Shown here in pieces: positions 27,770-36,807 of a stretch of DNA of 53,411 bases. Source of the stretch: a virus. Each line of letters starts with the position of its first letter. Position 1 is the first letter of the stretch. A program made the position numbers and the translations under genes. The notes under the pieces were generated by a model. The model was not told the origin of the DNA and searched no databases. It saw only the letters and a list, made by a program, of their open reading frames with translations. Location of the stretch: positions 1-53,411 of IMG/VR virus record IMGVR_UViG_3300050821_013390. One strand, written 5' to 3'.

Positions 27770-28753
27770 TTAAAACCTCCCATTACGTTTAGCCATCTCG
27801 AAGTCCCTGCCAAAGCTACGCTGAGCACTTGCTTCTTTAGCTTTGTATTTAACATAGTCTTCTTCCTTAACACCAAAACGTTTAGCCATTGCCTTATCAT
27901 CTTCCGTTAATCTCACTGATATACGGCCTGTCCCTTGAGCGCCTGCACCATTTCTGTTTACAGATGCCACCGTGTTATTTCCTTGTTGCATATTCAATCC
28001 TCTGTTTTTTAACAAACCCTCTCCTACATTATGTGCATACGATTCTATTTCCTGGAAATATTGTGGAGAATAAATTAAATGACCTTGACCACTATTGTGC
28101 AATTGGTAATCCAATTGCGACGCATACTTCCTTACGGGTTCTGCCAATAGAGGCTGGTAGTCATGGCTTCCTGGATTATACCAGGAGTTGTTTTGCACCC
28201 ACGCTTGACCAAATCTTTCATCTATAGGCGCAGGTGTAGGCGCCGGAGCTGCTGCTGCATCTCTGTAAGACTGCTCACGCAAAGATGATTGCGCTTTCCA
28301 TTCCCGCGCTCTTTGTGCTTCAGCTTTAGCTTCTGCCATTTCAGCAATTGCATCAGCTTTAGCTATTACATCGCCAGTCTCTTCGGCAGCTATAAGGCGT
28401 TGTTTAGCCTGGTCTACACGTAAGTTAGCACTGTTGTCATAATGGTTTAGAGCAATATTAGCTGATTGCTGCAACTGCTCACCTAAAGCGACCTTCTCAG
28501 CTTCTAACTGTCTAAGACGTTCATCTTTAGCGCGATTTTCTTCTAATAAATGCCAAACATTATTATGTAACGCAGTAATCTTGTCTCGCACTCTATGTTT
28601 CTTGGGCTGCTCTGCGGATTTCTCTGTTTGGTATTCATCAAAAGGTTGTTCACTGGGCGCGCCTTCTTCCTGCTCAGAAGCTGGTGCATCCAAATGTTCT
28701 GTAACTTCCTCTTGCTCTGGTACATAGCCCGCATTATCTTGTATGTCTGTCAT
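27770..28753 (-). CDS. Scaffolding-like protein
   Basis: Acidic N-terminus, long Ala/Glu/Gln coiled coil. Lies between the portal and capsid genes. Confidence 0.4.
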   Translation of the reverse strand: MTDIQDNAGYVPEQEEVTEHLDAPASEQEEGAPSEQPFDEYQTEKSAEQPKKHRVRDKITALHNNVWHLLEENRAKDERLRQLEAEKVALGEQLQQSANIALNHYDNSANLRVDQAKQRLIAAEETGDVIAKADAIAEMAEAKAEAQRAREWKAQSSLREQSYRDAAAAPAPTPAPIDERFGQAWVQNNSWYNPGSHDYQPLLAEPVRKYASQLDYQLHNSGQGHLIYSPQYFQEIESYAHNVGEGLLKNRGLNMQQGNNTVASVNRNGAGAQGTGRISVRLTEDDKAMAKRFGVKEEDYVKYKAKEASAQRSFGRDFEMAKRNGRF

Positions 28754-28769
28754 TTTTAATTCTCCTTAA

Positions 28770-29372
28770 TTATCCGCGAGTTACGTAAGATGGGTCATCT
28801 ACGGTCCCTAAACATCTATCATCCGGCAAATATTGCATCGGAAGACCCCTATACATAACCTGCGTCCCTTCATTACGTGGGAATACTATAAAATCACCCA
28901 CCTTACACCAAGGACCTGATAGTCTGAACCTTGCGCCTTTGTAACAATCAAAGCCTTGCGCTACGACCAATCCTGTGCAATTACGATATTTGTCTTCGCT
29001 CCTCGTCGTTTCTGCCGCTATAAGGCATTTCTGCTTACCTGTTAACGGGTCCATAATAGGACTACCGTCATCATTAAATAACTTCACTAAATCTTCATCG
29101 CGTGTATAAACTTTAACAATCATATGAAAACCGCTTACACGTGGCGGCTCAAATCCTAACGTAGCTCTAACTACAGCCTTAGCCCGAGCTTCTTCTTCCG
29201 TCTCAATCAAACTGCATTGATTGTCTTTACGATTACTAATGGTAGCCTCAATATCTTCTAACCGTTTACGTAATTCATCATTCTCAGTCTTAATGGCATT
29301 AAAATAATGTTTCAACGTTTCAAAATACTGTTGCTCCTCTTGTCTTACTGCGTTAACCAAGTTCTCCATCAT
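28770..29372 (-). CDS. Protein with C-terminal GroES/Cpn10-like fold candidate
   Basis: HMIVKV...TGLVVAQG...CKVGDFIVFPRNEGTQVMYRG...YLPDDRCLGTVDD follows the GroES pattern (VIVKR...GEVLAVG...VKVGDIVIF...SESDILAIV). Confidence 0.4.
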   Translation of the reverse strand: MMENLVNAVRQEEQQYFETLKHYFNAIKTENDELRKRLEDIEATISNRKDNQCSLIETEEEARAKAVVRATLGFEPPRVSGFHMIVKVYTRDEDLVKLFNDDGSPIMDPLTGKQKCLIAAETTRSEDKYRNCTGLVVAQGFDCYKGARFRLSGPWCKVGDFIVFPRNEGTQVMYRGLPMQYLPDDRCLGTVDDPSYVTRG

Positions 29373-29580
29373 ACACCTCCGTTGCTTTGTCCTTTGGTCC
29401 TACATATTGCAAATATGCAGCCCTCACTTCACCCATGCATTGTTTCGTGGCATTTATCATCCCTATGTGCTCACGATACTCCTCCATGTTCTTAAGACAG
29501 CCGCGCTCAAGTGCTTGAACGTAACTGTCTTTCACTTCACTAAACCTCTTTAACAAATCCTCGCAAAAGTAATCTATCAT
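29353..29580 (-). CDS. Small hypothetical head-module protein
   Basis: TAATG coupling with the upstream gene. Confidence 0.55.
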   Translation of the reverse strand: MIDYFCEDLLKRFSEVKDSYVQALERGCLKNMEEYREHIGMINATKQCMGEVRAAYLQYVGPKDKATEVYDGELG

Positions 29581-30500
29581 TATTGAGTTTTCAGAATAGC
29601 CCGTCTGCTCATTTGTTTATTATGCAAATGAGGTAAATGGTTTGTGCTTTTTCCAGGATTATGAGATTTATGTAAAGGCATACCTTTCATGCTCATCTCT
29701 CCCAATCTAAGTTTTGCCACTCCACCACACGCATACTTATTTGTCCCACCTTCTTTACGCATCATTGGGCGCATCTCTTTCTCTTTTTCTTTCATTTCGC
29801 CACCTTCAGCGCGCTTTGTTCTTCCGCCTTTCTTTAAAGCAGTGCCAGGCATAGAAGTCTGAGTGCCATTAAAACCATAAGAATATGGTTTCATTTGCTG
29901 TCCTTGTTGCTGAGGTTGTTGTTGGGTTTGAAGCTGAGCAGGTTGTCCTTGCTGAACCATTCCACCATCATCATAACAATGGCCACCTTTCTTATAAGCC
30001 TTTCTAATAGGAGTGTTGCCGCGCTCTTGAGCTACATAATTAATATGCCGCGGAGTATGTGACGGATGCATGCCCATCATATCGTGTTCATAAATAGTCC
30101 CGCCGGATGCCTTACGAATTGGAGCACGTTCAGAGCCGCCGTGACTCATGCCTTTCATCTCTTTCATAGTCTCAACGTTTAAACATTTGCGACCACCACC
30201 CGATTTAAGCTTGCCACCGGCATAACTTAAATGTTTTGGTAAGTGCAAATCAGTTTGAGTTTTAGTCAAAGGATGTACCTTCTTGCCATGATGATGGTCA
30301 GTATGAACAACCCGACGTTCATGATGGTCAATCTCTTTATGAGCAACTTTCCCGCCCCTAGCATAAGGACGTTGTTCACCTACGCCCATGGCGCTTCTAC
30401 TTACTTTAGTAAAATTAGATTCGCGCGGACTGCTGTCCTCGTCTCTAAACATTCTTTCAGCGTGGTCACGCATAGAGTCTTTACCCATATAACCTGCCAT
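29580..30500 (-). CDS. Highly basic His/Lys/Gly/Met-rich protein with repeated x-GG motifs
   Basis: The start at 30498-30500 (MAGYMGK, GGAG SD) is preferred to 30527. Motifs YARGGKV, YAGGKL, KASGGTI, YKKGGHC, LKKGGRT, YACGGVA. HHERRVVHTDHHHGKKVH tract. Confidence 0.6.
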   Translation of the reverse strand: MAGYMGKDSMRDHAERMFRDEDSSPRESNFTKVSRSAMGVGEQRPYARGGKVAHKEIDHHERRVVHTDHHHGKKVHPLTKTQTDLHLPKHLSYAGGKLKSGGGRKCLNVETMKEMKGMSHGGSERAPIRKASGGTIYEHDMMGMHPSHTPRHINYVAQERGNTPIRKAYKKGGHCYDDGGMVQQGQPAQLQTQQQPQQQGQQMKPYSYGFNGTQTSMPGTALKKGGRTKRAEGGEMKEKEKEMRPMMRKEGGTNKYACGGVAKLRLGEMSMKGMPLHKSHNPGKSTNHLPHLHNKQMSRRAILKTQ

Positions 30501-30510
30501 AATATTGCTC

Positions 30511-33030
30511 CTATTGGTGTGTTTCACTAAAGTGGCCTAATGGCCGTTCTTGCACTTTGTGCTGGTCCGACTCAAATTTGTGTTCTACTTTAAAAACCTC
30601 GGTTTGCGCCCTTAACTGAGCTTCCTGAGCTTTTTCCTGTAGCTTGGCTTGCTCAGTCTCAAACTTAAGGTTTTCTTTAAAGACATCTGTCTCAAGTTTA
30701 GAGTTTGCTTCTTGATGTTTAAGGTGCGAAGCCTCTCTTCTTTGACCAATGTCCTCCAACATAATCTTATTGGGGTCTAATTGATTTTGTTGGGCTTGTT
30801 GTTGTGCTTCCATTTCCTTCTGTGCTGCTTGCGCATCTTCTTGAGCAAGAGCATTTTGGACTTGGGGCATTTGCATAATCTGCATAATGTCCATTTGACC
30901 CATTTGCTGTATTTGCATTTGCACTTGTTGTTGTAATTGCTGCATCTGCGCCTGAACTTCCATTTGCATTTGCGGCATCATCATTGCTTGTTGTTGTAAT
31001 TGCTCAATCTGCGGTTGCATTTGTTGTTGCATGTTTTGCTGCATCTCCTGCAACATGTGAGCAAAAATCTTATAAGCCTTATGCTGTTGCATATTTAAAG
31101 TTATCTGTGCTTGCAATGGCGGAGTTAATCCTCCCTTAACCTCTAAATCATGCAGGAACTTTCCTTTAACCATTATATGCGCATCATGGTCTTGGAATGG
31201 TGCGGCTTTAACGGGTGCGCCCTGTAGAAGAAGCATGTCTTCACTAGTAGGATCTAGGGTTTGTGGTTCCGGCACAGGGGGTAATATTTTATTAATGTCT
31301 TCAATACCCATAGCCTTATACATACGTTCTAATATTTCGCGTTGATTATGTAATTGCGGGGCACTTGAAGACAACTTTAGTAACGCCTCAGCTCGCATAA
31401 TGCGTTGTGTGCTGGTATTGATATTCGGGTCGGACACCGGGATTATATCTATTTGGTCGTTAAAATCTTGTTTTAATATGTAAGTTTGACTATTAGGCAA
31501 TGAGAACGGATATGGCATATCTCCCAGGTATTTACCAAATAGTTTACTCAGGAGCGTTAACTCTATACCTAATGAAAAGTGAAGGCCACGCAAAATAGCT
31601 GACTGGCCTCTGTGAGCTATGTCTAATAAGGCAAGCGTAGTTCCTACAGGGGCTTGAGCATTATTTTCAGAAATTACAGCACTGGTAACAGAGCCAAGCG
31701 CGCGAGTCTCCTCTATTAATTTATCTCTCAACTGTGCTAATACAATCGATGGCTCCGCATATGGCATTAACATCAATGCTTCTTGGATGGGACGGCCGCC
31801 TGTCTCTATATCAAGAAATTCTGCCGGGCCTACTGCTTTGTTATTACTCTTAATGCGCATGCCAGCTGCTTTTAAACCACCTGGGAAGTTCTTTAAAGTA
31901 CCTGCATCTATTAATTGTCTTTGAATAGAGGTTAAGGTGATGGCGTTGCTTCCTAATAGATGGGCCAACCCCCAAGCATAAAGTCCAAAACTAGGTAGGT
32001 ACTGATATTGAACAAAATATTGAATTCTATTAAAGGCATTATCGTTTTGTTCCCAGTTGCGTCTAATTGCCACTACTTTTTTATTGTATTCATCAATAGT
32101 TACAATATAAGGAAGGGGGATGTTATTAGGATTGATATTCTTGTCTATATCTAATTCTAAATTAGTATGTGACTCATAATATGTAAATAAGTCTTTATTA
32201 TCAGAACCCTTGGTGTCAATACCTTCTTGTCTATTAATAGCGGTCTTTAATTTATTATCATCTTCAGTGTCATCATTAATTGCAGGAACTACATTGCCAA
32301 TAAATTGTCCTATTGATTGCTTTAATAAGATGTCTTTACGGGATAATTCCATCCTATGCGTTATGCGGGAGGATTCCATTAAACTTGTGGTATTGTTATT
32401 AACAATTAAATCGTAAGGTTTTATAAAACGGGCAACTGGACGATTTTGAACAAAGTCTTGATAAACTTTACGGAAAGCACACCCAAAGAAACCTACATAT
32501 AATAATAACTTCTCAGAATCCGGATAATATTCCTTATCCATCTGAGTAAGGTAATAATTAAGAAACTTCTTGACTCGGTCGCCCTGCTCTTCTTTCTCGG
32601 GCGTAACCTCTCCTAATATTCTTGCCCCTACCGGGCCGTTTACTGGAAATAATTCGCTTCGGGCTGTTGCCCAGAAATCAATAAGAGTTGTGCCAAGGGT
32701 TGAATCATATGCACCGCATGCTCGCATGAAAGGGACGGTCCTGTACTCATCTACCTTAAAGCCCAGATACTTCAAGACCTTTTCAATAGTGTTTTCCCAT
32801 TCCTGCCGGGACTCTAAATCTTGATTGATGCCTTCTAATAGCTCTTGGGCGATGGTGCCTAGCTGCCCAGCTGATAAGTGCTCGGCTAAATTGGAGTCAA
32901 AAGGAATAGGAGCGCTTTCTTGCGCTTGTTCTTCAGCTAAAGTGTAAACAGATGAGCCATCCGGTAAGTCTTCCGACTTAACGAATGACCCACTTGTCCC
33001 TTCATCTGAAAAGAGATTCGAATCAGACAT
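30511..33030 (-). CDS. Portal protein with Gln/Met-rich C-terminal extension
   Basis: 839 aa. First gene of the leftward virion block, divergent from the large terminase. The call rests on size and position. The C-terminus has a QQNMQQQMQPQIEQLQQQAMMMPQMQMEVQAQMQQLQQQ tract. Confidence 0.6.
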   Translation of the reverse strand: MSDSNLFSDEGTSGSFVKSEDLPDGSSVYTLAEEQAQESAPIPFDSNLAEHLSAGQLGTIAQELLEGINQDLESRQEWENTIEKVLKYLGFKVDEYRTVPFMRACGAYDSTLGTTLIDFWATARSELFPVNGPVGARILGEVTPEKEEQGDRVKKFLNYYLTQMDKEYYPDSEKLLLYVGFFGCAFRKVYQDFVQNRPVARFIKPYDLIVNNNTTSLMESSRITHRMELSRKDILLKQSIGQFIGNVVPAINDDTEDDNKLKTAINRQEGIDTKGSDNKDLFTYYESHTNLELDIDKNINPNNIPLPYIVTIDEYNKKVVAIRRNWEQNDNAFNRIQYFVQYQYLPSFGLYAWGLAHLLGSNAITLTSIQRQLIDAGTLKNFPGGLKAAGMRIKSNNKAVGPAEFLDIETGGRPIQEALMLMPYAEPSIVLAQLRDKLIEETRALGSVTSAVISENNAQAPVGTTLALLDIAHRGQSAILRGLHFSLGIELTLLSKLFGKYLGDMPYPFSLPNSQTYILKQDFNDQIDIIPVSDPNINTSTQRIMRAEALLKLSSSAPQLHNQREILERMYKAMGIEDINKILPPVPEPQTLDPTSEDMLLLQGAPVKAAPFQDHDAHIMVKGKFLHDLEVKGGLTPPLQAQITLNMQQHKAYKIFAHMLQEMQQNMQQQMQPQIEQLQQQAMMMPQMQMEVQAQMQQLQQQVQMQIQQMGQMDIMQIMQMPQVQNALAQEDAQAAQKEMEAQQQAQQNQLDPNKIMLEDIGQRREASHLKHQEANSKLETDVFKENLKFETEQAKLQEKAQEAQLRAQTEVFKVEHKFESDQHKVQERPLGHFSETHQ

Positions 33031-33209
33031 TTATAAATCCGTGTAATAGTAACCAAGTCCATGGTTAAATGTTTCAAGCCAAAAGAAGAAGTTACGGTAA
33101 GAAACTTACCTAAATTTTATCCAAGAGAGCAATATTCACATTTCTTATCATATGCTCCTTCCTTTAACTCGAATTTATTATATATTAAGATTTCTAAAAT
33201 ATATATAGA
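33031..33209. promoter_or_regulatory. Divergent portal/terminase control region
   Basis: 179-nt AT-rich spacer between divergent operons. Small hairpin GGTAAG-aaa-CTTACC at 33096-33110. Promoter hexamers not resolved with confidence. Confidence 0.4.
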
Positions 33210-34820
33210 ATGAATAACAACTTAAACGCGTATTTACTAGAATTCTTAGGCAAATATCCTGAGATAGTTAAAGAACAAAGGCAAGAAAAGGCTTATGAGA
33301 CCTCGTTTTATGAGTTCGCAAAAGCTGCATGGCCTAATATTGATTCCAGTACCTTCCAGGATGCTTGGCATGCTCGCGCCATATGCGAGCATTTAGAGGC
33401 TGTAGTTAGGGGTCTAATACCAAAGTTAATCATTAATGTACCTCCTCGTACTGGCAAGTCCGCCCTTATATCAATCATGTTCCCAGCCTGGGTATGGATT
33501 ACTCAGCCTAAAATGAAGTTCCTGTACGGCTCTCACGCTTATAGCCTCGCTCTAGACCATTCACGGCGTTGCCGCCTACTAATAGAGAGTGACTGGTATC
33601 AAAAACGCTGGGGAAGCATATTTAAGCTTTCAGCTGACCAGTCCACCAAACACTTCTTCACCAATGACAAGCATGGGCACAGACTGGCTACGAGCGTTGG
33701 GGGAGGGGTTACTGGCTTTGGAGCTAACATATTAATAGGCGACGATTTAAATGACCTAAGCGATGGGTATTCTTCCACGGCTCGTGACCGAGCTAATGAC
33801 TGGGTAAGTCGCGTATGGTCTTCCCGTACCAATCCTGGTCAATTCAGTGCCCATATAATAGTGCAGCAAAGGGTAGCGTGTTCTGATGTAACGGGTTACC
33901 TATTAGATAAAGACGAGAAAAAAGAATGGGTGAAGCTAATCTTGCCCATGGAATTTGAAACAGCTAGACGCGCTAAAACCATTATCCTACCCTCTACCTA
34001 TCCCAATACATGGGAAGACCCTAGAAAGAGAGAGGCAGAGCTCCTGTGGCCCGCAGGAATAGATAGATTAAAAGTCCAAACATTTAAAGGGGACTTAGGA
34101 GATTATAACTACGCAGGACAACATCAACAAAGACCCAGTCCTGAAGCTGGAGGTATTATTCAAAAGAGTTGGTACCAATGGTGGAAGCAACCAGCACCCC
34201 CCAAGTTATTGCAAACTGTTCAAAGCTGGGATACAGCCTTAGAGGCTAAAGATGAGAATTGTTATTCAGCTTGCACAACATGGGGGTTATTCGAGGACGA
34301 TAAGAAGGCAACTAATATAATCTTGTTAAATATGTGGCGAGGTAAGGTTGAGTTCCCAGTGCTAAGAAAAATGGCTAAGCGTCTATATGAGGACTATAGA
34401 GACGACGGTAGCATTGCAATAAAGCCCGATAATAAGCATGTTCCCACCTTTGTGCTGGTAGAAGCCAAGGCATCAGGTAGCTCCTTAATACATGAGCTCC
34501 AAAGCGCGGGCATTCCGGCCTATGGGTTTGACCCAGGAAGGTTTGGCGAGAAGATTCAAAGGGTAAGGCTAGTTACTCACATGATTGAAGGGGGAAGGGT
34601 CTGGGTGCCAGCTTATCCCCCTGAATATGTGAGACTCCGGAACTTTGCCGATATCTTTGTTAATGAGACCTCCCTATTCCCCAAGAGTGATAGCCGGGAC
34701 TTAGTTGACACGATGACCCAAGTTTTATTAAGATTGAATACTTCGGGGCTTATAAAACACCCTGATGCAAAGGACATGGAAGATACAGGAACCGTATTGA
34801 GTGATGCTCTGTACTGGTAA
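33210..34820 (+). CDS. terL: Terminase large subunit
   Basis: Walker [17 protein letters not shown] Walker B-like motif, and a C-terminal nuclease-type region (VLVEAKASG...DSRDLVDT). Confidence 0.9.
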   Translation: MNNNLNAYLLEFLGKYPEIVKEQRQEKAYETSFYEFAKAAWPNIDSSTFQDAWHARAICEHLEAVVRGLIPKLIINVPPRTGKSALISIMFPAWVWITQPKMKFLYGSHAYSLALDHSRRCRLLIESDWYQKRWGSIFKLSADQSTKHFFTNDKHGHRLATSVGGGVTGFGANILIGDDLNDLSDGYSSTARDRANDWVSRVWSSRTNPGQFSAHIIVQQRVACSDVTGYLLDKDEKKEWVKLILPMEFETARRAKTIILPSTYPNTWEDPRKREAELLWPAGIDRLKVQTFKGDLGDYNYAGQHQQRPSPEAGGIIQKSWYQWWKQPAPPKLLQTVQSWDTALEAKDENCYSACTTWGLFEDDKKATNIILLNMWRGKVEFPVLRKMAKRLYEDYRDDGSIAIKPDNKHVPTFVLVEAKASGSSLIHELQSAGIPAYGFDPGRFGEKIQRVRLVTHMIEGGRVWVPAYPPEYVRLRNFADIFVNETSLFPKSDSRDLVDTMTQVLLRLNTSGLIKHPDAKDMEDTGTVLSDALYW

Positions 34821-34848
34821 TTGGACAAAGACAATAAGGAACGTTCTA

Positions 34849-35067
34849 ATGCTTATCCTCACAAGGAAAATTGGCGATGCCATAATGATTGGCGATGATA
34901 TATCTATAGTTGTGCTAAATGTTATGGCTGAAAACAGGGTGACATTTGGTATAAAAGCACCAAAAGATGTAGATATTTATAGACAAGAGATATATAATTC
35001 AGCTAAAAGAAAGCCCAAGCTGGATAAAGATATAGAAAAGGAGAGTGAGGTTTTTTATAATTCTTAG
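34849..35067 (+). CDS. csrA: CsrA/RsmA-family RNA-binding translational regulator
   Basis: [49 protein letters not shown] aligns along its length with E. coli CsrA. ATG at 34849 with AAGGAA SD. The track's earlier start at 34801 overlaps terL. Confidence 0.9.
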   Translation: MLILTRKIGDAIMIGDDISIVVLNVMAENRVTFGIKAPKDVDIYRQEIYNSAKRKPKLDKDIEKESEVFYNS

Positions 35068-35072
35068 GAACA

Positions 35073-35309
35073 ATGATGGCGAAAGAGTTTGACACAGGCA
35101 ATTGGCATATAAAAGATGCTGATAAGGCCGATTTCAAATACTATACGCGATCTGTTCTGGAAGAAGAAGATGATAATGGCTTACGTACAATACTGGGGCT
35201 TACAGATGAGGAATGGAAAAATCGTGGCATCAAACCCGAGATAGTAAAAGCATTATGGAGAAATAGACCCCTCGTTTGCTCTTTTGGCACACATGAAGAA
35301 AAGGAATAA
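35073..35309 (+). CDS. Hypothetical acidic protein
   Basis: AGGA SD. Lies between csrA and ssb. Confidence 0.6.
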   Translation: MMAKEFDTGNWHIKDADKADFKYYTRSVLEEEDDNGLRTILGLTDEEWKNRGIKPEIVKALWRNRPLVCSFGTHEEKE

Positions 35310-35314
35310 AAATA

Positions 35315-35782
35315 ATGGCAAGTGTTAATAAAGTAATTCTAATTGGAAATCTAGGTAAAGAGCCTGAATGCAAGTGTATGCCCAGCGGAACCCAGGTTAC
35401 CAAGTTCAGTCTGGCTACTAATGAGAAGTGGAAAGATAAGAAGACTGGCGAGATGCAAACAAAAACTGAATGGCATAATATAGTTATGTATAATAAGTTG
35501 GCTGAGAGAGCAGCCTTTTTAAAAAAAGGTATGTCTGTTTATATTGAAGGCTCTATCAGCACGAATAAATGGAAGGACAAGGATGGTCAGGATAAAACCA
35601 CAACTAATATAGCAGCTAGCGCTATGCAGATATTAAGCGGAATGGAAGAAATAAAAAGACAACTCGAGGATATGGGCGGAGGAATAAAAAACTTCCCCGG
35701 TGAATTAACTCTCAAAAATATACCCGAGCATAAAGCACAGACTACGTTGGGATTCTTTGCTGATGACGATTTACCTTTTTAA
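35315..35782 (+). CDS. ssb: Single-stranded DNA-binding protein
   Basis: The OB-fold N-terminus VNKVILIGNLGKEPE...TEWHNIVMY and the acidic tail DDDLPF are canonical SSB features. Confidence 0.95.
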   Translation: MASVNKVILIGNLGKEPECKCMPSGTQVTKFSLATNEKWKDKKTGEMQTKTEWHNIVMYNKLAERAAFLKKGMSVYIEGSISTNKWKDKDGQDKTTTNIAASAMQILSGMEEIKRQLEDMGGGIKNFPGELTLKNIPEHKAQTTLGFFADDDLPF

Positions 35783-35796
35783 ATTAGGAAATTAAT

Positions 35797-36807
35797 ATGA
35801 GTGATAGCGACAATATGCGCGCAGATTCGCGCGGCACCTCCCAATCGGGCACATATTTGTCATTACGAACAGGTTTGGCTGCCCTTGCTAGCGGAGCATC
35901 CCATGCTTTCGTCACCCCTTCTATTGATAGGGCACGTGCATCACGTCAGCTTTTTGCTGAGACGGCAGGCCCTGCGCCTGCGCCAGCAGTAGAGGAATCT
36001 CTAACAGGATTGGACGCAGCGTTAACACCCTCTCCAGGCATGGTGCCCCCGCTATCCTATAGGCGCATAATGGATGATACTCGCGCTAATTTGCTGGCTA
36101 CCCAAAATCTCCTAGCTGAAAGAGGATTAGATTTAGCAGCAGCAAGAACACGTATAGCCACACTGGAAAATGCGCTTGACCAACGACGCGCTAGAGAGGA
36201 AGCGGAAGTCGCCGCCCGTGAAGCGCAGACAAAATTAGATGCAGAAAGAGCCCGTGAAGAGGCAGCCAAACATGCTGAGCGCTTACTTGCTGAATATCAA
36301 GCTAGGCAAGAGCAGATAAGGTTAATAGAAAAAACAGCAATAGAAAAAGCTCGTTTAGTTGCAGAACAACATGCTAGAGAATTAGCAGAACATGCTGCTC
36401 GTGTAACAGCTGAGCAACAACAGGTTAGAGAAGCGGCAACAAGAGCTGAGATAGATAGGGAGGCGCGTGAAGCTGCGGCAACGGCAGCTACAGAGAGAGC
36501 TCGCCAAGAAGCAGTAAGAACAGCTGAGGTAGCCAGAGAAGCAGCAGAAAGACAGGCGCGAGAAGCAGCAGAACAAGCGGCCCGTTTAGCTGCTGAGCAA
36601 CAACGTGCTAGGGAAGCTGCGGAGAGAGCGGAAAAAGCAACCAAGGAGGCGGCGGATATTCGTCAGCAATTACTGGAAGCTCGAGAACAAGCACAAAGGG
36701 GCGCAGCAGAAGCTCTCGCAAGAGAGGCAGCAAGAGCGCGCATTCCAACTCCACCGCCAGTAGCACAGCCACCAACAGATACACAAAGAGCTCGTTTTTT
36801 ATTGTAA
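35797..36807 (+). CDS. Ala/Glu/Arg-rich long-helix protein (compositional outlier)
   Basis: About 200 aa of REAAERQAREAAEQAARLAAEQQRAREAAERAE-type repeats. Locally much more GC-rich than its neighbours. Confidence 0.7.
   Translation: MSDSDNMRADSRGTSQSGTYLSLRTGLAALASGASHAFVTPSIDRARASRQLFAETAGPAPAPAVEESLTGLDAALTPSPGMVPPLSYRRIMDDTRANLLATQNLLAERGLDLAAARTRIATLENALDQRRAREEAEVAAREAQTKLDAERAREEAAKHAERLLAEYQARQEQIRLIEKTAIEKARLVAEQHARELAEHAARVTAEQQQVREAATRAEIDREAREAAATAATERARQEAVRTAEVAREAAERQAREAAEQAARLAAEQQRAREAAERAEKATKEAADIRQQLLEAREQAQRGAAEALAREAARARIPTPPPVAQPPTDTQRARFLL

Noticed and set aside
33096-33110. The hairpin GGTAAG-aaa-CTTACC considered as a terminator between the portal and terminase genes.
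   Set aside because: It has only a 6-bp stem and a 3-nt loop with no clean U-tract. It also sits between divergent gene starts, where a terminator is not expected.
36057-36644. Minus-strand ORFs (70, 115 and 64 aa) inside the Ala/Glu/Arg-rich gene.
   Set aside because: They are low-complexity Ala/Ser/Cys mirror frames of a GC-rich repetitive coding sequence, and the plus-strand ORF is far longer and periodic.
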